From: an uncultured Bacteroidaceae bacterium
GTDB lineage: Bacteria > Bacteroidota > Bacteroidia > Bacteroidales > Bacteroidaceae
DNA length: 64,000 nt
Reading direction: 5' to 3'
NCBI GenBank assembly: GCA_964439955.1
Contig: CAYTPX010000001.1
Location: 41,334-105,333 of the forward strand
Positions 54,505-62,826 of the stretch are shown here, in pieces. Numbering within the stretch: the stretch's first letter is position 1; each line of letters opens with the position of its first letter. The translations under genes and the position numbers were made by a program. The notes below the pieces were generated by a model. The model was not told the DNA's origin. It was given only the letters and a program-made list of their open reading frames with translations, and did not search any database.

Positions 54505-55847
54505 CGGGCAAGAAGGCTTTGCTCGGCCTCGTGTACGCGGTCGAAACCGAAAGACGCGTAAATTTCTTCCATACGCTGCCGGATTTCAGCATTGCAGAGG
54601 TTGCCGATACTGCCTTCGTGCGTATGGTGTACGTCCTTGCAAGGCACGAAACGCCCCTCCTCGATGTCGATCCCCACTTTCCGGTAGGCGTCACGGAAGG
54701 GCATGCCCGCGGCAGCCAGTCGGTTCACTTCTTCCACACTGAACATGGCGTCGTAGCGCGGGTCGTCGAGGATATGGTCATTAACTTGGATGCGCTCGAT
54801 GATGTAGCTCGTCATCCGCAGGCAATCAAGCAGCTCGTCGAAGGCGGGCAGGAAAGCCTCCTTGATGATTTGCAGGTCCCGGAAGTAACCGCAAGGCAAA
54901 TTATTCATGACTGCCACCACCTGCTGCGGCAGGGTCTGGAGCTTATTGCAGCGTGCCCGGATCAATTCGAACACGTCGGGGTTCTTCTTGTGCGGCATGA
55001 TACTGGAGCCGGTGGTGCATTCGTCGGGCAGTTTCACAAAGCCGAAGTTCTGCGAGTTGTAGAGGCAGTTGTCAAAAGCGAGCTTCGCGAGCGTCCCCGC
55101 TATGCCGGCCAAGGCGAACGCCACGTTGCGTTCCATCTTGCCGCGCCCCATCTGGGCATAGACCACGTTGTAGTTCAGCCCATCGAAGCCCAACAGGCGC
55201 GTCGTCATCATGCGGTTCAAGGGAAACGAAGAGCCGTATCCGGCAGCAGAACCCAATGGGTTACGGTTGCACATGCGATAAGCCGACTGAAGGAAGAGCA
55301 TGTCGTCCACCAGACTCTCCGCATAGGCCCCCAGCCAAAGGCCGAAGGAACTGGGCATGGCCACTTGGAGGTGCGTATAACCAGGCATGAGGACTTCCTT
55401 ATAGCGCTCACTCTGCGCCTGCAAATGCCCGAAGAGGGACTTCACTTCCCCGGCCACTTCTTCCAGCTTGGCCCGCGTGAAGAGCTTCAAGTCCAGCAAC
55501 ACTTGGTCGTTGCGCGAGCGCCCGCTGTGGATTTTCTTGCCTATGTCGCCCAATTTGCGGGTCAATTCCAGTTCAACCTGCGAGTGTACGTCCTCTACAC
55601 CTTCCTCTATCGTGAAAGCGCCGCCCCCTTGGCGTGCCCGGGCGTAGATGACTTTCAGCTCGGCGAGCAACACATCCAGCTCTTCAGCTTTGAGCAAACC
55701 GATGGACTCCAGCATGACGATATGGGCCATGGAGCCCATTACGTCGTAGGGCGCAAGGTACAAATCCATTTCACGGTCGCGCCCGACAGTAAAGCGCTCG
55801 ATGTCTTCCGCCATCTGCACTTTCTTTTCCCACAACTTCTGAGGCAT
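54501..55847 (-). CDS. argH: argininosuccinate lyase
   Basis: ORF 54501..56030 trimmed to ATG 55847 (MPQKLWEKK...); fumarate-lyase signature GSSIMPHKKNPD. Confidence 0.93.
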   Translation of the reverse strand: MPQKLWEKKVQMAEDIERFTVGRDREMDLYLAPYDVMGSMAHIVMLESIGLLKAEELDVLLAELKVIYARARQGGGAFTIEEGVEDVHSQVELELTRKLGDIGKKIHSGRSRNDQVLLDLKLFTRAKLEEVAGEVKSLFGHLQAQSERYKEVLMPGYTHLQVAMPSSFGLWLGAYAESLVDDMLFLQSAYRMCNRNPLGSAAGYGSSFPLNRMMTTRLLGFDGLNYNVVYAQMGRGKMERNVAFALAGIAGTLAKLAFDNCLYNSQNFGFVKLPDECTTGSSIMPHKKNPDVFELIRARCNKLQTLPQQVVAVMNNLPCGYFRDLQIIKEAFLPAFDELLDCLRMTSYIIERIQVNDHILDDPRYDAMFSVEEVNRLAAAGMPFRDAYRKVGIDIEEGRFVPCKDVHHTHEGSIGNLCNAEIRQRMEEIYASFGFDRVHEAEQSLLAR

Positions 55848-55855
55848 TTCTTTTC

Positions 55856-56323
55856 CTATTCGTAATTGATAAGCGCCAACATGTCGGCCAGTTTTTCCAC
55901 ACCTTCCTGCATCCGGTCGAGCTTCCCCTTGAGCATCATTTTCATAAAGAAAGGTATATCGTAACGCACCGTTACTTTCAACCGGGAAGCGCTGCTGCCG
56001 TCCGCCTCCAATGGGAGGAGCTGAATCCAAAGATTGGCGTCGAGGGGAATCCCTTCGAAGCCGAATTTCAGCATCTTATCCGGCGTCCGTCCGCAAATGG
56101 CCAGCCGGAGCTGCCCGATTTGCGGGGCGGGGAAGGTGATACTGTCTGCATCACATACAACCGAGTCCAAATCAAAATCCAACCCTTTCTCCCGCATGGC
56201 GTCCAAAGCCTCGGGAGGGACACGCCGTTTCAACTCCTCCACGTTGCGCAGGTCGGAGAGCTTGGCATAGACCTGCGCAGGGGGATAAGGCAACTGCTTT
56301 ACCGAACTTTCAAACTGTTCCAT
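55856..56323 (-). CDS. hypothetical protein, possibly SRPBCC-fold
   Basis: 155-aa ORF between pyrE and argH in the same orientation; fold guess from length and beta-alpha pattern only. Confidence 0.55.
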   Translation of the reverse strand: MEQFESSVKQLPYPPAQVYAKLSDLRNVEELKRRVPPEALDAMREKGLDFDLDSVVCDADSITFPAPQIGQLRLAICGRTPDKMLKFGFEGIPLDANLWIQLLPLEADGSSASRLKVTVRYDIPFFMKMMLKGKLDRMQEGVEKLADMLALINYE

Positions 56324-56333
56324 CGGAATCCGG

Positions 56334-56972
56334 TCATTTTCCCAAGTCCCAGTGGGCTGGATCCTTGCGCCACTCGACCAAGACTGCCTTGTCAGCCTCG
56401 GTGATGTACTCCGTTTTCAGGGCCACGTCAAGCACAGCCTCGTAGTTTGTCAGCGTCACGAGATTGACCTTCGCGGCCTTAAATGCCTTTTCCGCCACAT
56501 CGAACCCATAAGTGAAAGCGGCAATCATCCCGATCACGTCGCACCCGTCACGCCGGATGGCTTCGACGGCTTTCAGGCTGCTGCCGCCCGTGGAGACCAA
56601 ATCCTCCACGACCACGACCTTCATGCCCGGGCGGAGCTCGCCTTCGATGAGGTTCTCCAACCCGTGGTCCTTAGGGCTCGAACGGACATATACAAAGGGG
56701 AGGTTCAACTCGTCGGCCACCAATGCCCCTTGGGGTATGGCGCCGGTTGCCACGCCCGCTATCGCATCGACCGTCGAGAAACGTTCAATGATAAGGCGGG
56801 ATATTTCGATTTTGACAAAATTGCGTAAAGAAGGGTACGACAACGTCTTACGGTTGTCGCAATAGAACGGCGATTTCCAGCCAGACGCCCATGTGAAAGG
56901 GTTGGACGGCTGCAACTTGATAGCTTTGATTTTCAATAACTTTTCAGCAAAGATTCTCTCTAAATTTTTCAT
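56334..56972 (-). CDS. pyrE: orotate phosphoribosyltransferase
   Basis: ORF trimmed to MKNLERIFAEKLL...; ASGWKSPFYCDNR, PRPP motif VVVVEDLVSTGGSS. Confidence 0.92.
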   Translation of the reverse strand: MKNLERIFAEKLLKIKAIKLQPSNPFTWASGWKSPFYCDNRKTLSYPSLRNFVKIEISRLIIERFSTVDAIAGVATGAIPQGALVADELNLPFVYVRSSPKDHGLENLIEGELRPGMKVVVVEDLVSTGGSSLKAVEAIRRDGCDVIGMIAAFTYGFDVAEKAFKAAKVNLVTLTNYEAVLDVALKTEYITEADKAVLVEWRKDPAHWDLGK

Positions 56973-57002
56973 TGTTGCCAAGATGCTAAACGTTCTCGCC
57001 TG

Positions 57003-57010
57003 CAAAAATA
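57003..57010 (-). promoter_or_regulatory. -7 promoter box (TATTTTTG) for the pyrE operon
   Basis: Plus caaaaata = minus TATTTTTG, about 31 nt upstream of ATG 56972. Confidence 0.45.
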
Positions 57011-57082
57011 ATCAATCCACATGTAACGGCCTTACAAAATGTATACTTTTTCGCCGACTCGTTCCGCAGCATGCTGCAAAAC

Positions 57083-57236
57083 AGGAAAAGACCCTTGCAA
57101 GGGAAATGCAACCCTCCTGCCTGGAAATGCCTGCGCTTTCCCCGAAAAAAGGCGGCACTTTTCCACAAAAGCGCCCCGCCTTTTCCAAACGGAATCCGCA
57201 AGAAGCCCTCAGGACAAGGCATAGGAAAAGGGGCTT
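57083..57236. repeat. palindromic intergenic repeat cluster
   Basis: ctggaaatgcctgcgctttccccgaaaaaaggcggcacttttccacaaaagcgccccgccttttcc. Confidence 0.65.
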
Positions 57237-58022
57237 TCACCCCCTCGAATAAGCCAAAGAAAGGACGGAGAGCATGACAGGATCCCGGGAAACGGAAGCA
57301 ACCGGTTCCTCCCGCAGGGCGCGGCACAAGGCTTCGGCACAGGCGGCGACGGTGGCGCCAGTCGTCACCACGTCATCCACCAACACGACATGCCTGCCGT
57401 GCAGGGATTCGGCCACGCCCTTGTCCCAACGGAACGCGCCTTGCACGTTTTCAAAGCGGCGCGAGTGGGAAAGGGTCGTCTGGGAAGACGTGTCCGCCAC
57501 ACGGCGCACGCCCGACTCAAGCACGGGCGCGGAAATCCGGCGGCCGACGGCCCGGGCGATGTAGCTGCTCTGGTTGTAGCCGCGACGCCCACGTTTCTTC
57601 CAATGGATAGGCACAGGCACGACGAAATCCGCGCCCTCCGGGAAGAGGAGGGACGGATCATTTTCCCGGAACATCTGCTCCACGACCGCCCGTGCCATGC
57701 CGCGGCGGTGGCGGTACTTGAGATCTGTGACCAAATGGGTATAGGGCGTCCCCGGCGTATAGTAGAAGAATGCGGCAACAACCCGCAGGCGTATGTCGGG
57801 CACGACAGGCAGCAGCCCGGCAAACAGTTCCTCCATCTCATTGCCCCGGCAGGCGCAAAACCCCGTGCGCGGCAACTGCAACAAGCAACGGGGGCAAAGC
57901 AAGTCCACCCCTTCGGGCAAGCAATGCCCGCACACCGGGCATACCCGGGGGAAAAGCAGCGAGCGGAAAGCCCCGGCCAGCCGGGCCAACGAGCCGTGGA
58001 GGGCACGCCTCACTCCAAGCAT
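57237..58022 (-). CDS. comF: ComF family protein (phosphoribosyltransferase-like)
   Basis: 261 aa; N-terminal CPVCGHCL...CPRCLL zinc-finger pairs; PRT motif VVLVDDVVTTGAT. Confidence 0.8.
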   Translation of the reverse strand: MLGVRRALHGSLARLAGAFRSLLFPRVCPVCGHCLPEGVDLLCPRCLLQLPRTGFCACRGNEMEELFAGLLPVVPDIRLRVVAAFFYYTPGTPYTHLVTDLKYRHRRGMARAVVEQMFRENDPSLLFPEGADFVVPVPIHWKKRGRRGYNQSSYIARAVGRRISAPVLESGVRRVADTSSQTTLSHSRRFENVQGAFRWDKGVAESLHGRHVVLVDDVVTTGATVAACAEALCRALREEPVASVSRDPVMLSVLSLAYSRG

Positions 58023-58462
58023 TCGCTGATGGCCGCCGACTCAAAGCCGCGGCTTTGCGCGTAGCGGTAGAGCTTCTCGCGGCGCACCTCCGCATCCATT
58101 CCCTTGAGGGAGCGGTCCTTCGACTTGAGGATATTGCGTAAAGTGGCCATATAGTCCTCGTCGGAAATGTTCATCAAGGCAGCATCCACGTAGACTTCCT
58201 TCACCTTTTTCACGTAAAGCGCCTCGCGTATCTTGCGTTTCCCCCACTTCTCGAGGCGGAACTTGTCGCTCACGAAAGCACGACAGTAGCGGGCGTCGTC
58301 GATGAAGCCCCCCTCCTTTAGTTTTTTCATGATGCGTTCCACCTCATCGGGGTCGAAGCTCCAGAGTTTCAACTTGGAAACCGCCTCGCTTTCGCAACGC
58401 TCCGCGGCAGAACACCAAGAAGTCAGTTTCTGCAGGGCTTGTTCTTCTGTAAGGTCTAACAT
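58010..58462 (-). CDS. recX: regulatory protein RecX
   Basis: ORF trimmed to MLDLTEEQALQKLTSWCSAAERCESEV...; helical repeat pattern and size (150 aa) typical of RecX; start choice uncertain. Confidence 0.7.
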   Translation of the reverse strand: MLDLTEEQALQKLTSWCSAAERCESEAVSKLKLWSFDPDEVERIMKKLKEGGFIDDARYCRAFVSDKFRLEKWGKRKIREALYVKKVKEVYVDAALMNISDEDYMATLRNILKSKDRSLKGMDAEVRREKLYRYAQSRGFESAAISECLE

Positions 58463-59424
58463 AAGAAATGGTTTGTTCCTTTTATAAATCGCTGTTTTTT
58501 TGCAAAGTCTTCCACCAAACATACCTCGCCGAAGCCCGCCTCACACAGCAGCCTCTCGACCTGGGCTGCCAAGAGGGGATTGATTTCCAGGTAGATTTTT
58601 CCTCCTTCGACGAGGCGTTCCCTCCCAATCCGGCATAGGGCGCGGTACGGGAGTAGCGGGTCGGTAGCCGGCACGAACAGGGCTTCACGCGGCTCCCACC
58701 TGCTGACTTCGGGCTGCATGTCTGCCTCCTCCGAAGGGAGCACGTAGGGCGGATTGCTCACAAGGGCGGCATATTGCACGCGTTCCGCCCCGGGATTTGC
58801 CGGGAAGCGCCCCGTGTCTTCCGGGAAAGTGCCTGCGTTTTCCTCCGCGGGCGTCCCGGCTTCTTGCCGGGGCATCCCGCCCAACCGGGCCTCGTGCAGC
58901 ATGTCGCACCGGCGAAAGCATACCTGCGCGCCGTGGCGGGCAGCGTTTTCGCGAGCCACCTGCAGGGCCGTTTCCGAAATGTCCCACGCCTCCACGCGGG
59001 CGGCGGGAAAGAGCTTGGCCATCGTCACAGCAATACATCCGGATCCCGTGCCCACATCCAACAAGTTGGGACGCCCCCCGGTAGCGGGCAGGCCGTCGGC
59101 GGCCAGCATTTCCACCAACTGCTCCGTCTCGGGACGCGGTATCAGCACACCGGGACGCACGTGGAAAGCACGGTCGCAGAACGTGGCTTCGCCCAAGACA
59201 TACTGTACCGGTTCGCGCAAATCCAACAGGCGGTGCAGGAAACCGGCAAGGCGGCGGCGTTCGTCCGCCGACAAATCGCTATCTTTGCCCGTAAAAACCG
59301 CCGCGACACCCCACCCCATCCCCCGGGAAAGCAGCAACCGTGCCACGGCCGAGGCTTCGCCTGGGGAATAAATCGCAGAGAGATGATGGGAAACGTCGTG
59401 CAGTAATGTACGCGAAATGCTCAT
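58456..59424 (-). CDS. prmC: release factor glutamine N5-methyltransferase PrmC (HemK) with internal insertion
   Basis: 322 aa; LDVGTGSGCIA (SAM motif), LVSNPPYV (NPPY); extra segment ...GMPRQEAGTPAEENAGTFPEDTGRFPANPGAE... upstream of NPPY. Confidence 0.88.
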   Translation of the reverse strand: MSISRTLLHDVSHHLSAIYSPGEASAVARLLLSRGMGWGVAAVFTGKDSDLSADERRRLAGFLHRLLDLREPVQYVLGEATFCDRAFHVRPGVLIPRPETEQLVEMLAADGLPATGGRPNLLDVGTGSGCIAVTMAKLFPAARVEAWDISETALQVARENAARHGAQVCFRRCDMLHEARLGGMPRQEAGTPAEENAGTFPEDTGRFPANPGAERVQYAALVSNPPYVLPSEEADMQPEVSRWEPREALFVPATDPLLPYRALCRIGRERLVEGGKIYLEINPLLAAQVERLLCEAGFGEVCLVEDFAKKQRFIKGTNHFLC

Positions 59425-59434
59425 TGTCTGGCTG

Positions 59435-59442
59435 CAAAGATA
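59435..59442 (-). promoter_or_regulatory. -7 promoter box (TATCTTTG) for prmC-recX-comF
   Basis: Plus caaagata = minus TATCTTTG, 11 nt upstream of ATG 59424. Confidence 0.45.
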
Positions 59443-59500
59443 GGGATAAAACCGGAATACGCCGACCGCGGGCGGGGGAAAGATAAGAAATTTTAGAAAG

Positions 59501-60643
59501 ATGGACGCAAGAGACGAACTTTACATGCGCCGCTGCCTGCAACTGGCAGCCGCAGGAATCCCCACCACGAAGCCCAACCCCGTGGTCGGGGCAGTAGTGG
59601 TTTTTGGAGACCGCATCATAGGCGAGGGCTACCACATACGCCCCGGCGAAGGGCATGCCGAGGTGAACGCCCTGCGGAGCGTGCGCCCCGAGGACGAACG
59701 GCTGCTGCCCGGCGCCACCCTCTACGTGAGCCTTGAGCCGTGTGCGCACTACGGGAAGACGCCGCCCTGCGCCGACCTCATCGTAAGGAAGCGGCTGAAA
59801 CGGTGCGTGGTAGGCTGCGGCGACCCCTTTCCCGCGGTCAATGGGGGCGGGATACGCAAGCTGCGCGAGGCGGGCATCGAGGTGGAAACGGGCGTGCTGG
59901 AGGCGGAATGCCGGCGAATCAATGCGCCTTTCTTCACCTACCATCTGCGGAAACGCCCGTATGTCACGCTGAAATGGGCCGAAAGCGCCGACCATTTCAT
60001 CGACACCGCCCGCCCCCTGCCCGGACGCCCCGGCGGAAGCGGGCAAGCCACACGCATCTCCACACCGCTCACACAGATGCTGGCCCACAAACTGAGGGCG
60101 GAAAACCAGGCAATCCTCGTGGGGAGGCGCACCGTGCTGCTCGACAATCCGGCACTCACCCTGCGCCACTGGCCGGGAAGCAACCCGCTGCGTTGCATCT
60201 TGGCGCCATCCGGAGGGATATCGGGGGAAGCGCACGTGGCTGACGGCAGCACGCCGACGCTCATCTTCGCCTGCACAACGACGGAAAACCGCCAGCACTT
60301 TCCCGGAAAAGCGGCAGCGGAAACACTCCCAAGCGGCGGCGTTCCTTTCCCTCCCGAGCACGCCACGCTGAAGGCCACCCGCCCCATCCTGCCACAAGTG
60401 ATGGAGGAACTACACCAGAGGGGCATACAATCGCTTCTCGTGGAGGGCGGTTCGACCACGTTGCAGGGCTTCATTGACGCCGACCTGTGGGACGAAGCCT
60501 ACGTGGAGTGCGGCACATTTTCCCTCGGGCAGGGCGTGCCTGCTCCCGTGCTCCCAAGCCCGGGCAGCAAACGCCCCTACCGGAGCGAGGCGGAATACGC
60601 CTTCGGGCGGACGCGGCTGCATCACTTTCGCCTGCGCGACTAA
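59501..60643 (+). CDS. ribD: bifunctional riboflavin biosynthesis deaminase/reductase RibD
   Basis: 380 aa; deaminase zinc motifs HAEVNAL and PCAHYGKTPPC; C-terminal reductase domain ...LLVEGGSTTLQGF. Confidence 0.92.
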   Translation: MDARDELYMRRCLQLAAAGIPTTKPNPVVGAVVVFGDRIIGEGYHIRPGEGHAEVNALRSVRPEDERLLPGATLYVSLEPCAHYGKTPPCADLIVRKRLKRCVVGCGDPFPAVNGGGIRKLREAGIEVETGVLEAECRRINAPFFTYHLRKRPYVTLKWAESADHFIDTARPLPGRPGGSGQATRISTPLTQMLAHKLRAENQAILVGRRTVLLDNPALTLRHWPGSNPLRCILAPSGGISGEAHVADGSTPTLIFACTTTENRQHFPGKAAAETLPSGGVPFPPEHATLKATRPILPQVMEELHQRGIQSLLVEGGSTTLQGFIDADLWDEAYVECGTFSLGQGVPAPVLPSPGSKRPYRSEAEYAFGRTRLHHFRLRD

Positions 60644-60758
60644 GCAGGAATCCCCCATGGCCGGACGTTCCGCCGCGGCCATGGGGGAAAAATTACGGCG
60701 CGACCCTATGGAGTCGCGCCGTAAATACTATGGTTAAATCCCTAAATATACGGTAGGA

Positions 60759-62366
60759 TTAAAGCTGCGGGCCTGCGGCAACCAATGCCTTGCCAGCTTC
60801 GTTCCCGGTGAACTTCGTAAAGTTCTTGATGAAACGCCCAGCAAGATCCTTGGCTTTCTCTTCCCATTGCGCAGCGTCGGCATACGTGTCACGCGGATCG
60901 AGGATAGCGGAATCTACGCCCGGCAACTCGGTCGGGACTACGAAGGAGAAGTAAGGAATCGTCTTGGTCGGGGCCTTATCGATAGAGCCATCGAGGATGG
61001 CGTCGATAATGCCGCGCGTATCCTTGATAGAGATGCGTTTCCCGGTACCGTTCCAGCCTGTATTTACCAAATATGCCTTGGCTCCTACGCGTTCCATCTT
61101 CTTAACCAGCTCTTCGGCGTACTTCGTCGGGTGCAAGCTCAAGAAGGCTGCGCCGAAACATGCGGAGAAAGTCGGGGTAGGCTCGGTGATTCCACGCTCA
61201 GTGCCGGCGAGTTTCGCTGTAAAGCCGGACAAAAAGTAATATTTCGTCTGTTCTGCGTTCAAAACCGAAACGGGAGGCAACACTCCGAAGGCATCGGCTG
61301 ACAAGAAGATTACCTGATGTGCGTGCGGGCCTTTCGAGATTGGCTTAACAATGTTCTTGATATGGTCAATAGGATAGGACACACGGGTATTTTCGGTAAC
61401 GCTCTTGTCGGCGAAGTCAATCTTCCCGTTTGCGTCTACCGTAACATTCTCCAAGAGGGCATCGCGGCAGATAGCATTGTAGATGTCCGGTTCGCTTTCC
61501 TTGTCGAGGTTGATAACCTTAGCGTAGCATCCCCCTTCGTAGTTGAACACGCCTTCGTCGTCCCAGCCATGCTCGTCGTCGCCGATGAGCAAGCGTTTCG
61601 GGTCGGTGGAGAGGGTGGTCTTGCCGGTTCCGGAGAGGCCGAAGAAGATAGCCGTATCCGTCCCTTCCATGTTGGTATTGGCCGAGCAGTGCATGGATGC
61701 GATGCCGCGCAACGGGTTCAGGTAGTTCATGATGGAGAAGATGCCCTTCTTCATCTCACCGCCGTACCAGGTATTGAGGATAACCTGCTCATTGGTCTTG
61801 AGGTTGAACACGGTGGCCGTCTCGGAATTCAAGCCGAGTTCCTTGTAATTGTCCACCTTGGCTTTTGCCGCGTTGAAGGACACGAAGTCAGGCTCACCGT
61901 AGCTTTCGAGTTCTTCCGCAGTGGGGCGGATGAACATGTTCGTCACAAAATGGGCTTGCCATGCCACTTCCATGATGAAGCGCACCTTCAAGCGGGTAGC
62001 GGGGTTGGCGCCGCAGAACGTATCCACCACGAAAAGGCGCTTCCCGGAGAGCTGCTCCACGGCTTTTGCCTTGAGGTCGGCCCATGCTTCCTCCGAGCAA
62101 GGCTTGTTGTCATTCTTATATTCGTCAGAAGTCCACCAGATCGTGTCCTTGCTGGCCTCGTTCATCACAAAGAATTTGTCCTTAGGAGAACGACCCGTGT
62201 AAATACCCGTCATCACGTTTACTGCGCCAAGTTCAGTAACTTGGCCTGCTTCATAGCCCTCGAGGCTGGACTTGGTCTCTTCTTCGAAGAGTACTTCGTA
62301 AGAAGGATTGTGCAGGATTTCGGTCACACCGGTGATGCCGTACTTGCTTAAATCTAAGTTTGCCAT
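60759..62366 (-). CDS. pckA: phosphoenolpyruvate carboxykinase (ATP)
   Basis: 535 aa; kinase-1a [19 protein letters not shown]. Confidence 0.95.
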   Translation of the reverse strand: MANLDLSKYGITGVTEILHNPSYEVLFEEETKSSLEGYEAGQVTELGAVNVMTGIYTGRSPKDKFFVMNEASKDTIWWTSDEYKNDNKPCSEEAWADLKAKAVEQLSGKRLFVVDTFCGANPATRLKVRFIMEVAWQAHFVTNMFIRPTAEELESYGEPDFVSFNAAKAKVDNYKELGLNSETATVFNLKTNEQVILNTWYGGEMKKGIFSIMNYLNPLRGIASMHCSANTNMEGTDTAIFFGLSGTGKTTLSTDPKRLLIGDDEHGWDDEGVFNYEGGCYAKVINLDKESEPDIYNAICRDALLENVTVDANGKIDFADKSVTENTRVSYPIDHIKNIVKPISKGPHAHQVIFLSADAFGVLPPVSVLNAEQTKYYFLSGFTAKLAGTERGITEPTPTFSACFGAAFLSLHPTKYAEELVKKMERVGAKAYLVNTGWNGTGKRISIKDTRGIIDAILDGSIDKAPTKTIPYFSFVVPTELPGVDSAILDPRDTYADAAQWEEKAKDLAGRFIKNFTKFTGNEAGKALVAAGPQL

Positions 62367-62497
62367 TGCTTTGTATTTATAAAAAGTGAATAATTGTACT
62401 GTTCAAAGGACTAAATCATGCTTGCGTCGTTATCTTTCTATGCGGTACACGCTTCAAAAAGAGGAAGCGCATTCATATGCCCCTTGTATATCGCGTA

Positions 62498-62505
62498 CAA
62501 AGATA
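62498..62505 (-). promoter_or_regulatory. -7 promoter box (TATCTTTG) for pckA
   Basis: Plus caaagata = minus TATCTTTG, about 130 nt upstream of ATG 62366 (long low-GC leader). Confidence 0.45.
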
Positions 62506-62619
62506 CGGCAATATTTTCAAGGGGGAAACGCACAACAAGGAAAATTTTTCCTAACGGGCTTCCTTTTTATAGTTACATAACAAATCGTTTGCCCGTTCCC
62601 CGCTTACGGAGGAGCAGCC

Positions 62620-62795
62620 CTGCGCCGACCGAGGCGACCGGAAGCGGAGGCGGCGGAAAGTGCCGGGGCTTTTCCCGGACAGCCCCGGCACTTTCCCGCA
62701 AAAACCTCTCCGCTTTCCGACGGCCGGCGGGACGCGTTGGAAAGGGAGGGGACGCAACTTTTCGGGGAAAGCCGGGGTTATTCCGCCCGTTTCCC
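62620..62795. repeat. palindromic intergenic repeat cluster containing a 15-bp perfect inverted repeat
   Basis: ggaaagtgccggggc 62655-62669 / gccccggcactttcc 62682-62696; context ggcggaaagtgccggggcttttcccggacagccccggcactttcccgcaaaaacctctccgctttcc. Confidence 0.75.
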
Positions 62796-62796
62796 G

Positions 62797-62804
62797 TACA
62801 TTTG
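62797..62804 (+). promoter_or_regulatory. -7 promoter box TACATTTG
   Basis: Exact TAnnTTTG 23 nt upstream of ATG 62827. Confidence 0.5.
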
Positions 62805-62826
62805 CGCGTCATTCACGCAATCCGCC

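Noticed and set aside
59425-59500. FMN riboswitch upstream of ribD.
   Set aside because: The spacer is only about 75 nt. It is mostly occupied by the divergent prmC promoter box, which is too short for an FMN element, and no conserved FMN motifs were seen.
1048-62795. CRISPR array hypothesis for the short palindromic repeats.
   Set aside because: The units are degenerate, directly abutting or irregularly spaced, and occur in both orientations. They are scattered over 22 loci without unique spacers of constant length, and no cas genes are present.
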